Assembly: GCF_006345805.1 (NCBI RefSeq)
Contig: NC_043010.1
Coordinates: 4,216,001 to 4,280,000 of the forward strand
Direction of reading: 5' to 3'
Source of the DNA: Octopus sinensis
Taxonomy: Eukaryota
Length of the DNA: 64,000 bases
How positions within the stretch are numbered: position 1 is the stretch's first letter; every line of letters starts with the position of its first letter. The position numbers were made by a program, and so were the translations under genes. The notes beneath the pieces were generated by a model. It searched no databases, was not told the DNA's origin, and saw only the letters and a list, made by a program, of their open reading frames with translations. Of this stretch, positions 40,032-52,945 are shown in pieces.

Positions 40032-41223
40032 TTATATATATATATAATATAACAAATGATAGTAACAGAAAATAGAATTCACATGATTCTTTATTAATCA
40101 CAACAAATGTTTCGACCCATCTTGTATTGACCCCTCACAGGTGAAATACTGTACAACTGGTTATGGTGGTGCAGATGTGTCTTATCAGATAACTTTTCAA
40201 AAGATGCCTCATTCAATAAACTCGGTTTCACTTGGTTTGATTATACAGCATGTCATTATTTGCCTGTAGGTGGTTGCCTATAGGCTTCCTGGTTTTGAAT
40301 ATATATACTTATATGTGTGTGTATGTAAGTCACTAAGTAGGCGTGTATGTATACCTGTATGCTTGCATGTATACACAGCCAAGAATTAAATGGAATTAGG
40401 GACGTTCATAAAATAATACCTTGAAACAACATACTTAGGAAAATGGACTTATATAATGATGAGCTGTGAAAATAGATGGAGCATGAAATATGCTATTATC
40501 AGATTTATATCAGTTCTTTACATGTTGATTTCAAAATTCACTGAGTACAACTTTGCCTTTCATCCTTTTGCAGTCAAAAAAAATTAAGTACCAGCCAGTA
40601 ATGGAATCGGTGCAAAATAACCATGTTCTCAGGGCATCAAGGAAAATGGGACGGGCACCACATTTGATGTGCTTCTACACAATTTTCCTCTACCAAATTC
40701 CATTAACAAAGCATTTTCTTAAGGTGTTGCACAGAGGGATTGAACTCAGTGTCAAGTGTTTGTGGAGCTTAGCCACTTGATTATGTAAATAAATCCTCAA
40801 ATCAGTTTCTAACAATTCTGATGCAAAATCGTTACAGATATTAAAAAATACCACATATACATATACACACAGAAAAGAGAGATAACGTTTTAGAAAAAGC
40901 AGTGTTTCTTTGTTGAAACATTAAACCCACAAAATATAAGTATTTCCTCTACAGTTAGCTTTAGCTTGTATTAAGACCTCTGTGATTATTGAATCAAAAA
41001 TTTCTCTTTCTCTCCCCCACCACAACTTGGTAGAAGAACTTTTCAGCCAAGTGTTGCAGATGTACAACACCACCCAAACAACAGAAAACAAAGAGAGAGA
41101 GAGAGACGAACAGTTTTGTGCTAAAGTTGGAATATAAAATACACAAAAATACAAGGAACTTTCCAGATTTTGTAGACAAACTTCTTGTAGCTGATCTTCT
41201 CAGGTAAGATTTTTCCTCAAGAA

Positions 41224-41481
41224 CAGTGGTTCCCAACCAGGGACCATGTGACCCCATGGGGTCCACATAAGATTTTGTTGTTAAAAGTTATATGCAATAA
41301 ATTGGTTGTACTTACACAATACACAAATTATTTTAACAATTTTTAAAATAGAATTCCTAATAATATTTAATTATAAGAATGTAATAGGATTTTTTTTTTT
41401 ACATGGAATGTCTGTGGAGGTCCAGTAGAGTAAAATAGGAGCCAAAGGGGTCCAAAGGCCAAATCTGGTTGAGAATCATAG
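41224..41481. mobile_element. hAT (Charlie-type) MITE
   Basis: Termini CAGTGGTTCCCAACC / GGTTGAGAATCATAG; 8-bp TSD CTCAAGAA / CTCTAGAA, matching the NTCTAGAN preference. Confidence 0.85.
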
Positions 41482-41869
41482 CTCTAGAAAATATAATAAA
41501 TATAATATTGAAATAAAATGCCAAAGCTTACACTGGAGGTGCCTAAAGATGCAAACATAGCATGGAAGAAAAACATCGTAATATGATGCAAAGTTCTAAA
41601 CAGTTTCAGAAAAAAAAAATAATGAATTAATCCAGAAATGCATGCATAAAACAGATATTGCTTTGAGCATTCCAAACAGGTATAGCTGGAGCAACAACCT
41701 ATAATTTAAGAGCCAATTGGAGAAATAACTTGTGTAAATTGAGTGACAAATAAGTCTGATTATTCATCCCAGACACCCATGTAGTCATTACCCTGACTGA
41801 TGTCCTCTCCCAAGAAGAACTCTGGAAAAAGAAGCTACATTTAATTAATTTGGCATATATAGTCACTCT

Positions 41870-42127
41870 TGTGGAGGTGCATGGCTTAGTGGTTAGGGTG
41901 TCAACACCATGATCGTAAGATTGTGGTTTCGATTCCTGGACAGGGCGACGCATTGTGTTCTTGAACAAAACACTTCATTTCACGTTGCTCCAGTCCACTC
42001 AGCTGGCAAAAATGAGTAACGCTGTGATGGACTGGCGTCCCGTCCAGCTGGGGAACACATGTGCCATAGAAACCAAGAAACTGGGTGCATGAGCCTGGCT
42101 AGGCTTTAAAAGGGCACATTTATTTAT
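41870..42127 (+). mobile_element. Third tRNA-derived SINE family with 12-bp TSD
   Basis: TATAGTCACTCT at 41858-41869 and 42128-42139; A box TGGCTTAGTGG, B box GGTTTCGATTCC. Older copies near 49610 and 60310. Confidence 0.88.
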
Positions 42128-44030
42128 TATAGTCACTCTACTAGCTTAGTGTTGAGAACTCTTTTTCTTTGTACTTAAGTACTTACCTTATAAAATTACT
42201 ATTGTTAACTGTCATATTCATTGCATTTGTCCATTCTTTATCCCTCTCTCTCTCTCTCTAAGTGCAATGTGATACCATAAAGAAAAATTCAGTCATCACT
42301 ACAAACACACACACACACACACATTTTCAGTCACACTTGCAGAAACACGTGCACCTCAATTTTAAGCTATGTATTGTGTACACATTTTTATATGGCATAA
42401 TCAAAGAAGGAAGAATTGCACCCATGAAATTTTCTTCTCAATCTCCAAGAATAGTTCTGGTGGGAAAATAATGAAGATACTATGACTGGTAAATTCCTAC
42501 AGTAAGAAGCAACACAACACATTAGTGAAGTACCACCTTCTATGAATGCTAACAGAGGAGATTGATGTTAAACTGGGCAACTGATTAAGCCTTGTACCTG
42601 TACAATTATATGCTAAATTTAAATGTCTGTCTTGAGTCTGTAGACTTACTAGGCTACTTATCCTGAATTCTGTGGTGTTTGAGTGTGAGTACAAGGCAAC
42701 ACTCAGAATGGGATACCAGTCCACAACAGGATTAACTCACTAGTTTACACATGTTTAATCTGTCGCCTTGAGTTGGTACTTATTTCGGGTGATTAGATTG
42801 AAGTAATATGGAATGATGCACCTTTCTCAAATGGACAACACACATCACCTGAAGTCCATGATTCTATAACTGTTAACTTGATACCTATCCATACAAAACA
42901 CTAGGCCACATACATACACACAGACAGATATACACACATTCACATGAGCGCATATACACACACTGTTCTGTTGTTGGTGGTGTCAACAAATAAGTATCCA
43001 ATCCAGTGAGAAATAAATATCATTTATGTGTGTGTGTGTGTGTGTGTGTATGTATATTTGTATTATGTTTGTGCGTGTGTCTGTAAGCGTGTGTGTTTGT
43101 GAGTGTGTGCGTGTTTGTGTGTGTACTTGTAGGTGTGCATGTTTGTGTTTGTGTGTGTGTGTACATTCATGAGTTAAACATCTATGATACATTTTTATAA
43201 AATATGTGTTTGTTTCATAAAAAGATAATAGGGTGTGATTTGAAAGAAAACTGGTTACTATTTCTAGCATACTGAATTTTTTTTCCCCTCCCAAACCAAA
43301 AGATAATCAACTGGGTACATTTGGTCAGGGGCTAAGCTTTGTTATGCACTCATGCTTATGCAGAAACCAAGTCAGACATTTTCAGTCACTCGTATGTAAA
43401 CAACACTCACTTGTACCATACACTGATTAATACAAGCACCTGTCACACGCTCACATACATATGTGGATACTAGAAAAGTTCTTGTTCTCTTTTCACTTGT
43501 TTGTTAGAAATATTTGTTTTACAAGTGAATATCTTTTCTATCAACAACCACAGTTAAGTAAAATGAGGATTGGCAAGATTTATCATTCTGCAGTCGTGAT
43601 TTGACAAAGATAACACACATACACACACACACATATATATATCTATATAAATATGTACACATAGATATATACATAACACACACACATATATATATATAAA
43701 TATGCACACATAGATATATACATAACACACACACACACACATATATATACACACACACATATATATATGAAAATACAAAACACAACAAAAATTGCAATGA
43801 ATTTAATTGTTAAACTGCTTTAAGATACTTCTTGGATGCTATTGATCAGAAACCCACACACTCACATACATGCACACATGTGCGTATATATGTATGTATG
43901 TGTATATGTATGAATATATATATATACATTTATGTGTTTGTGTGTGTGTGTGTGTATATATATTATATATATATGTATCTGTATATACCTATATATATCT
44001 ATAATTTTACATACATATATATATATATAT

Positions 44031-44243
44031 TATATATACCAATTAGGACTGAACACGAAAAGGTGGACATCAACATGCTAGATATAGACGTCAAATCGCC
44101 ATTCTCACAAGGATATGTTCTCAATAAAATAAAATGAATTTATTTTTATTTGAGAACATAATCCTGTGGAGAATGGCGATTTGACGTCTATATCTAGCAT
44201 GTTGCTGTCCACCTTCGTGTTCAGTCCTTAATTGGTATATATA
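44031..44243. repeat. Foldback palindrome, about 103-bp arms, about 5-nt loop
   Basis: TATATATACCAATTAGGACTGAACACG... pairs with ...CGTGTTCAGTCCTTAATTGGTATATATA; the left arm emerges from a TA-rich microsatellite. Confidence 0.93.
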
Positions 44244-44760
44244 AATATTTTAATCTTCGGATTCTTTTTAATGTGCTAGACCACTGCTTTTAATTGACTA
44301 ATATCAATTTCTACTTAAGTTTATATATATATATATATATGTATCTGTATATACCTATATATATATATGTGTGTATATATATCTATATTACACACGTGCA
44401 CAGAATGTCTTTATATCATCATTTTATTTTAATGCTAAAATTTCCATGCTTCAATGGGTCTGATGAAATTCCTTGGATTGGATTCTTCTATAGGTGGATG
44501 CCTTTCCTCTTGCTAGCCTTCACCTGTTTCCAAGTAAGGTAATATTTCCTCTTCTCCTTCATATGTGAAAAACACAATGGTTTGCTGGATGTATTTTCAT
44601 GGGAGATTGCAAACAAAAGGCGTCTCTTACAGTATGACAGTGAAACTCATTTGTGACTAACCTGCAGTGTCTAAACATGCAGACAGGAGCAGACATGCAC
44701 GTACATACTCATGCACTCAAGTACACAGATGTACACACACACACACACACACACGTCCAT

Positions 44761-44762
44761 CA

Positions 44763-44793
<31 letters not shown>

Positions 44794-44851
44794 CTCTCTC
44801 TGTCTATCTGTCTATCTATGTACCTATCTACCTATCTACCTACCTGCCTAC

Positions 44852-44892
<41 letters not shown>

Positions 44893-44939
44893 AACTTATC
44901 TACCTATCTATCTATCTATCTTTCTATCTACCTATCTAC

Positions 44940-44978
<39 letters not shown>

Positions 44979-45030
44979 CCTATTTATCCATCTATCTATC
45001 TATCTACCTATCTATCCATCTATCTATCTT
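44761..45030. repeat. (TCTG)n/(TATC)n tetranucleotide microsatellite
   Basis: Direct reading of the sequence. Confidence 0.95.
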
Positions 45031-45663
45031 GCAACAAGTTCACAATGAGAGTAGTACATTGACTGCAAAAAGAAAAGCTATACCAAGATAAGAAAACAAC
45101 AAAGAATTTTCATTACCTATAATATCTGGTTAATATTTATTGCTTCATTGTTATCTGCTGATGCTTTTGACTTCACAGCCCTCCATTAGACTAACCAATT
45201 AGTAAATTGGAGATTGGCCATATGGGAGTATATATATCCTTACTGTTCAGAGATACTGTATACATACTTCCATTTATTCAGTTCATCCTTGTTTCCAGGG
45301 TGGACTTCTGTTTCATAATGAGTTCTGCACTCCAGAGGTTTATCAATGTCCCCGTGTTTGTATATTTGTTTCAATACCTTCCTCTGAGCTGAATTATAGC
45401 ATTGAATATAGCTACTTTGTAAAATTTCTCATATACATTCACGTGTGACTCTGTAAACTGAAGGTTTGTGTCTAGAAGGTTTGTGTCTGGCATTTGTGTC
45501 TGGAAGAATATATCATTAGGAAACAAATACTCCAACATTAAACTGCAGGGTAAAACTGGACACATGGAAATACCTACCTTGTATCTCCAAGCAGTGAAGT
45601 AATATATACTTTCATGTGTCCAACCCTCAATTTACCAATTTATTGATGAAAACAAAATAAAAT

Positions 45664-45701
45664 CTGTCTGATGAAAGGTTATAACCTGAAAGCACTCACA
45701 G
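45664..45701 (+). ncRNA. Minimal type I hammerhead ribozyme motif with an intact catalytic core
   Basis: CTGT-CTGATGA-A-AGGT(TATA)ACCT-GAAA-G(CA)C-T-C-ACAG: stem I CTGT/ACAG, complete CUGAUGA and GAAA core, 2-bp stem III, CUC cleavage triplet (predicted cut after 45697). Confidence 0.65.
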
Positions 45702-45844
45702 TTAATGGTTAAGCAATAAATCTTAAACCAGTAACAAGGCTTCCACTTAATAGATATTTGTAATATTAGTTTTTGTGTTGATTTCTTCTCATATGATGTT
45801 AGTCTGCTGTTAATCACATATAACTGCGCTGATATAATACCCAC

Positions 45845-45983
<139 letters not shown>

Positions 45984-47679
45984 CATACATACATGCATAT
46001 ATATACATATGTAATTACGTGTGAATGCATACGTGTATATATGTATATGTACGTATATATGTATATGTGCATACATATATATGTATATATATATATCTAT
46101 ATGTATGTGTGAGTGTGTGCATCTGCAGTTTGAAGAAAAAATAGGAACAAATGTTATGAACTACGCTATTAGACTATTTCTCCATAAATTGTCGGAGGTA
46201 AATAATCTATTCTGACATATGGGAGGAAACAGATTTTCATAAAAGCTGTTTTCAATATTTATATGTTAACAAAGGTTGCAGGAATCAGGTGCAATGACAA
46301 TGAATAAATAAAATGGCTTTCGACTATAAATTGATAGATCACTATATAATTGTTTATAAACAAACAGAAAAAAAAATAATATGGTTATTGCAATGTACTT
46401 AGTGTTAGTACGATTAAAGTTGGTGCCAAATTTATTTTCAGAGTCAATAGCTTTAAATCAATATATATATTGAGTAACAAAACCAATATGTGTATTGCAC
46501 AAGTAAAATCTAACATGATTTAATGTCATGCAGTCTATAGTATCTTCAGTGTCTTAACCTGTTCATTGTACTAAGTATTAAATTGATCCCATTGTCAGAA
46601 ATCTTGTATTTAAAAAAAAAACTGTTTGAAAAACACTTACTGAATTTATTCATGCATAAGTCATACCATTTTATCTTTGGTTTTAACTGAGAAAACTATG
46701 TTGAGATCTACATATAGGGCAATGCTAAAACTATGAAAGGAAAATAATTTGTATGAAGATTTAACACTAAACTATGAGTACAACTCATACATGAGTAAGT
46801 ATGGTATGTCCTTATAAAATCCCTAGATGTCAGACTAAATTGAAAAGCTAATGAAATTTAAAGAGGCTGAAGGCCTAATGAACTTGAAACATTTAAAATA
46901 AATTTAACTTATGAAAAACTCAGAGAACTGATGAATGTAAAAGATATTAGTATGCAATGCTGAAGAAATAATATCATGATAATGATGATGGTTGTGGTGG
47001 TTGTTGTTGTTGTTTGTTGCTGTTGTTTTTTTATTTGTCACTGGTGCATCTAATACTACTTTTCATAAAATTTAAGAAAACTAAAATCCTTTTTTCTTTT
47101 TCTTTTTTTTTTTTTTTGAAACTCAATAATTTCTATAAAAAAATTGCTGGAAAGACAAGCTGTAATGATTTGCTTTCAATGTTATTGAAATTCTTTACCT
47201 CCTTAAATAATTTATATTTCACTAAATAGGCATCGAATATATTTTTCAATAAAATATTTTGAAGGGATATTATTTACAACAGAAATACATAAAATTGTTC
47301 TTTGTTTTGTTTTTGATTGATTGTGTTCTTTTTCAGGCCAATGATATTAACCTCTTCTATATTTCACATTTATGTATCTTTGAAACAGTTTTAATGTATT
47401 TTATTGAAAATATAATGAAGTTAAATTACATGAAGTATTAATTATGACAGCTATCATATTCATTGTATTTAAAATTAGATTCATACATTTAAAAAAAAAA
47501 TTAATTTAAAGTAATTTTAATGCTTTATTTGATATATTAATATCCATGTAATTAAATTAAAAGTCGAAACATATACCCAAGGAAACCAAATCACAACACA
47601 AGAGCAAAACATGATAGGCAGACATTGTATCAGAAACATTCAAATTTATTTTTAATATTTTTACAAGAAAAATACTTAC

Positions 47680-47733
47680 CATTTAACATTTATCAGTGGT
47701 ATGAATTTGTAGTGTCTGATTGGGAATTCTGAC
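47680..47733 (-). other. Candidate 54-nt exon with strong splice sites
   Basis: AAAATTTTCAG| acceptor and AAATG|GTAAGT donor; reading frame ambiguous. Confidence 0.5.
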
Positions 47734-48159
47734 CTGAAAATTTTAAATGTTTCAAGATCTTTTGTGACTGACATGAATGTTTTCATGCTATGAAGCCTCT
47801 CACATAACGACAGCTATCTCATATAACATAATCATTATTGTAGATGATCTTTTCTGTCAGTCAAAAATTTCTTGTAAAAGTCAGTTGCTGCTTTCTGGAC
47901 AAGGTTTATTAATTTGGCCACATTGTTTTGTCTTATCTCTAAGAAAGTAAATATTCTTAAATTGATACTAAAAAACATAAAAGAATATATTATGAAGAAA
48001 GAGGAGTAAAATATATGTGAAAATAAGTTTCAGCTTAAATATTTGTACTTGATAAGTGAGTGGTGTTAGAACTCAAACTAAAAATTTCTTAGTTCTAAGT
48101 CAAGCTTCCCATCTCAGATTATGCAGAGGATGAAATGTCAATGAAACCATATATATATA

Positions 48160-48248
<89 letters not shown>

Positions 48249-48665
48249 CAGTTGTTAAACTTTGCCTTAAAGAAATATATATACACTGAAATAGACATAT
48301 CAACATTTGATATCATGATACATACTCACACACACACACAATTAGACTTGTATGCACACAAATATACACACTTGAGCTTACACTCATGCACAGGTACAAA
48401 TGCACACACACACACACACACATTCACATATATATGCACAAAGATGGAATAGCATATCATTGTCATGAGCCATTGCCAAATAATTAGTCTAAAATTATCA
48501 CAAGTTACAGGAAACTTAAAATAATTCATTAGTCAGTATATTACTTTGTTTGATTTGGTTTTCTTCATATATCATCATTATATAAAGAAAAGCTAATTAT
48601 ATACATACATTTTTTTTTTCATGTAAATAATATTGGTCTCATATACAACTAACTATGCTCAATTT

Positions 48666-48946
48666 TTATGAGCAAATTGTCTTTGGTATTGCTGGAAGTG
48701 GCTTAGCATAAGATGTAAAACTGTTTCTAGTTGGAAGATTCCAAGACTGTGGTGTTATATTAGGATTAGTACTATTGACTCTAAAAGACTTCAGATCAAT
48801 AACATCGTTACTGGTGGTGTTCTGACCAGGACTGTGTTGGTAAGAACATTTAGTTGTACTGTTAGTAAACATTGGTTTATTAAGTGTCTTCTGTGAAGAT
48901 TTATCATCCATGATCTTGGGCTGGTCTGGGTTGCAAGATTTAAGAG
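48666..48946 (-). CDS. Terminal coding exon of an unidentified gene (S/T/N-rich tail ending KPLPAIPKTICS*)
   Basis: Long pyrimidine tract plus CAG acceptor at 48947-48948; phase 1; 93 codons to TAA; non-repetitive sequence; phase-compatible with the 53743 donor. Confidence 0.7.
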
Positions 48947-49930
48947 CTGAGAAGTAAAAGAAAAATGAAAAAAAAAACAATCTCAAAAGAACCTCTTTTT
49001 TTTTACTGTCTTTCAATACAATTTCTTTCTCAAGGTAGCAATGCTGTATTTACTGACTAGTTTAAAGTATAGATCAAAGCTTAATACCAGATTCAGAAAT
49101 AAATGTATCCTTTCATACCATACAAGCTATGTTGCTATTGACTTACAGTATTCAAAATTTGTGCAAGTACAACTATCTGATTAAGAAGCTCACTTTCCTA
49201 CCCTCTGAGTTTGGGTTCAGTCTCACTGCACGGCACCTTGGTCAAGTGTCTTCTACTGCAGACCTTGACTGACCAATGTTCCATGAGTGAATTTGGTGGG
49301 CTGAAGCAGTGCCAAAGCCTGCCAAAGTCTGTTGTGTGTGTGTGTGTGTGTGAGTATTGTCCACCATCAACACCACCCCTTGACAAGTGGAGTTGGTTTG
49401 TTTAACTCCTCGTAACTTAGTGATTTAACAAAAGAGACTGACAGAATAAGTACCTGGCCATGAGTTGAATTGTTTTTACTAAAACTCTCTAAGGTAATGC
49501 TCCAGCATGACTGCATTCCAATGACTGAAGCAAGTAAAAATAAATGATAAAAGATTGGTATAATGAACAAACCTAAGTGTACAAAATATTTTAAATATAG
49601 TTTAGTTGTCATGATCTAATGGTTAGAATGTTAGACTCGTGATCATTGGGTTGTGGGTTCAATTTTTGGACTAGGCAGCATGTTTTCCTTGAGCAATGAA
49701 CTTCATTTGACATTGCTCCAATACACTCAACTGAAAATGATACCAGTTGCACCTGAGAGTTAACCTGGTAGATCCCATTTACAGGTGAGTAGTCTTTAGC
49801 TCTTAGCCTTAGAAGTCCTAATAAAGTCCAGCTTCATGAGCTCGTAGGCTTCAAGTAGCCTTTTTAGACTCAAATGTCTGAGATTTTAGAGAGAAACATT
49901 TCGCTTTGCTTTTCTTTTCCCTGTTAAGTT

Positions 49931-50159
49931 CTCTCTTTACTCTTTACACTTTTACTTGTTTCAGTCATTTGACTGTGGCCATGCTGGAGCACCGCCTTTA
50001 CCAAGCAAATCGATCCCAGAACTTATTCTTTGAAAGCCTAGTACTTATTCTATCAGTCTCTTTTGCTGAACCGCTAGGTTACGGGGATGTAAATACACCA
50101 CCCTCGGTTGTCAAGCGATGTTGGAATGACAAACACACACACACACATACATACATATA

Positions 50160-50201
<42 letters not shown>

Positions 50202-50386
50202 TATATATATATATATATACATATATACGACAGGCTTATTTCAGTTTCCATCTGCCAAATCCACTCACAAGGCTTTGGTCAGCCCGAGGCTATAGTAGAA
50301 GACACTTGGCCAAGGTGCCACACAGTGGGAATGAACCCGGAACCATGTGGTTGGTAAGCAAGCTACTTACCACACAGCCACTCCTG
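49931..50386 (-). mobile_element. Composite CORE-like SINE (intronic)
   Basis: Family match. Confidence 0.88.
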
Positions 50387-50865
50387 TTAAAATTTATATG
50401 AAGTTATATTTAAATTAGCAAATTCTGAAATAAATATCTTAGTTAAGGATAGATTTTCATTGACTAGAGTATTTCAATCTATACAAAAAACACATATATC
50501 ATAATAGAATAAAGTTACCGAAATACAAATGTAAGATACATTTAAGCATCCAAAACTTGCTCGTAAGATAAGGAAGATACAACATGTAGATGTACAAATT
50601 GAAATTGAACACATTAAAAAATAATCAAGTCAGGTGCTAGTTGATTACTCAACAAGCACTTATTTGATTGATACCAAAAGGATGAAAGGCAAAGTCAACC
50701 TCAGTGGAATTTAAACTGAAATATAGTGTGAAAAGAAATACTGCTAAGCAGAGCAACGATTCTGCCACAGCACCACCACCTTAATAATAATAATGATCAT
50801 AATAATAATAATGATGATGATGATGATGATGGTAATGATAATGATGGTAATAATAATAATAATAA

Positions 50866-50902
<37 letters not shown>

Positions 50903-52624
50903 TCACTGATGCAATACCAGACAGTGGCTCTCATGGCTTCTAATTTTAACTGATTGGAAGTGTTTTTGTGTACATTGTTTTGTCTTCGTATAAAAGATGA
51001 ACTACAGCAAATAGTCTGCTCAATACCACAGATTTGCTTGTCAGTTGTTTGACCATAACCGGTTGAGCATGTCCCTTAGTGGCTGATGATATTTGCATCT
51101 CTGATCACGAGCAGAAGTAGTGGGGGAGAATCATAGCCATGTGTTGAGAGGAATTCTTTGGAAACATGGGTGTTTTGTTTAACATATTTTTGGCCCAAGG
51201 CCAGTACGTTTTGTGGGGGGGGGGGTAAGTTGAAAATATAGCAATCCCAGGACTAAATTGCTACTTAATTTATCGACCCCAAAAGGATGAAAGGCACAAT
51301 TGACCTCAGTGGAATTGGAAGTCAGAACACAACGATGGGTGAAATGCTGCTAAAAATTTTGCCTGGATGATGATGATTTCTTTTAGATAATAATAATTAT
51401 GAATGTGGATCCAGATGTTTGGCCAACTGAATACTTGCTCACCAAATTAGCATGTAAGTGATTGAGTATTCCAATATATATGTGTGTTATCAATGTAATC
51501 CTCAAGGAGAATCAGCATGACAAAGTGTGAGAGACAAGGTTGTATCTTTCTTTGAATTACGGGTAAAATCCATCAAATAGGCTTCTGTATAGTTTCCATC
51601 TACCCTGTTTTACTGAAAAGGCTTGAGTTGACAAGAGTTGACAAGAGGTGGTGGTAAAATTCATTTGCCACATACTGTAATTGAACCAGGGACCTCATGA
51701 TTGCATTCAGAATGTGACAATAAATGGACAATAAATGGACTAGCTATATAATTCTCAGTCACCTTCAAAAGGAAGTAATGCATATAAATTATGAATGATA
51801 AATAAACGCTATTAATACAAAAAAAAAAGAATTATATAAACCTTATATTTTGTGAATGAATTTCCTAGTTTGATTTTACAAATAATAGTAGAAATTTGAT
51901 TTGTAGTCTACTCAGAAAATATGCTAGATTTGGTGTGAGTATTTCACCTTTGGGGTTTCTTCATTTTATATTCTGGCTTCAACATAAAACCTGTGTTTGT
52001 TCTGTTTCCTCTATGCATTTTAAACATTTTCTGAAGTTCTAGCGTAGTTGCAAATTTTTCTATTCACTGAATCAGCTTTAGTACTGTGCTGGTAAGCTAT
52101 GCTTCAGCTACAAACACTTAAAAAAATAATTTATGTAATTAAAAGCAGACACCCCTTTAATTTCTTTTTTCATTATGTATGTTGGTCTTAAAGCAAGTCT
52201 TTTATTTCCTCTAATAATGATAATCATCTAAGTAATTCTAAATATGGTAAAATCGAATTGCTGTGAAGTTCAACATATTCAGAAATTAACAAGTCCTCTT
52301 GGGTTTCATAGATCGTTAAAGTAATTTCATTATGTATATTTCTTTGCCTGATCCTTTTAGTCTTACAGAGATTAATTTAATTTTGCTTTTAATTAAACTC
52401 ATTTCTCCAATCACACAATAAATCATCTTTCTTTTATTTACTAAAGTTATTTTAATCCAGGCAGGAAGGTAAAGGAAGCAGTAACATCTTGCTCAATTAT
52501 TCGTTGTTGGACTACAAGCTGTTCTCCAGTAAATATATCGAACACACACTGATTTCACAATTGTATGAAGGTAGAGGAGATTTATGGACACATTACTCCC
52601 ATTTATTGTTGCTTAATGTAGGGT

Positions 52625-52945
52625 AATCTCTCGTGGAAGTGCCATCCAACCAAAATGCAAATATATGGGAAACTACCACCTGTGTCATCTCTTGTGAAAG
52701 GTAGAAGAGTCCAGTTTGCTGGACATTGTTGTAGAGCTGAAAAAGAAGTAATTTCTACTCTTCTCCTCTGAAAGCCATCTACTCGCAATACCAGAGGGCG
52801 CACACTCTCCTACCCTGATGTAATCTCCAGGGATACAGGCATCCAGCAACAGAACCTCCGTAATGCCATGATGGACCGTGAAGTCTGGCGTAGCATGGTA
52901 AACTCCATTGTCTTGACCACGGTCGAACAATGATGATGATGATGA
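52625..52945 (+). mobile_element. RTE-clade LINE 3' fragment with (TGA)n tail
   Basis: GRRVQFAGHCCR at 52700, MDREVWRSMV at 52871, stop followed by (TGA)5. Confidence 0.8.

Noticed and set aside
40105-40145. Minus-strand CTGTGA...GAAAC hammerhead-like string
   Set aside because: The core lacks a nucleotide and stem II does not pair; at most a heavily decayed terminal repeat.
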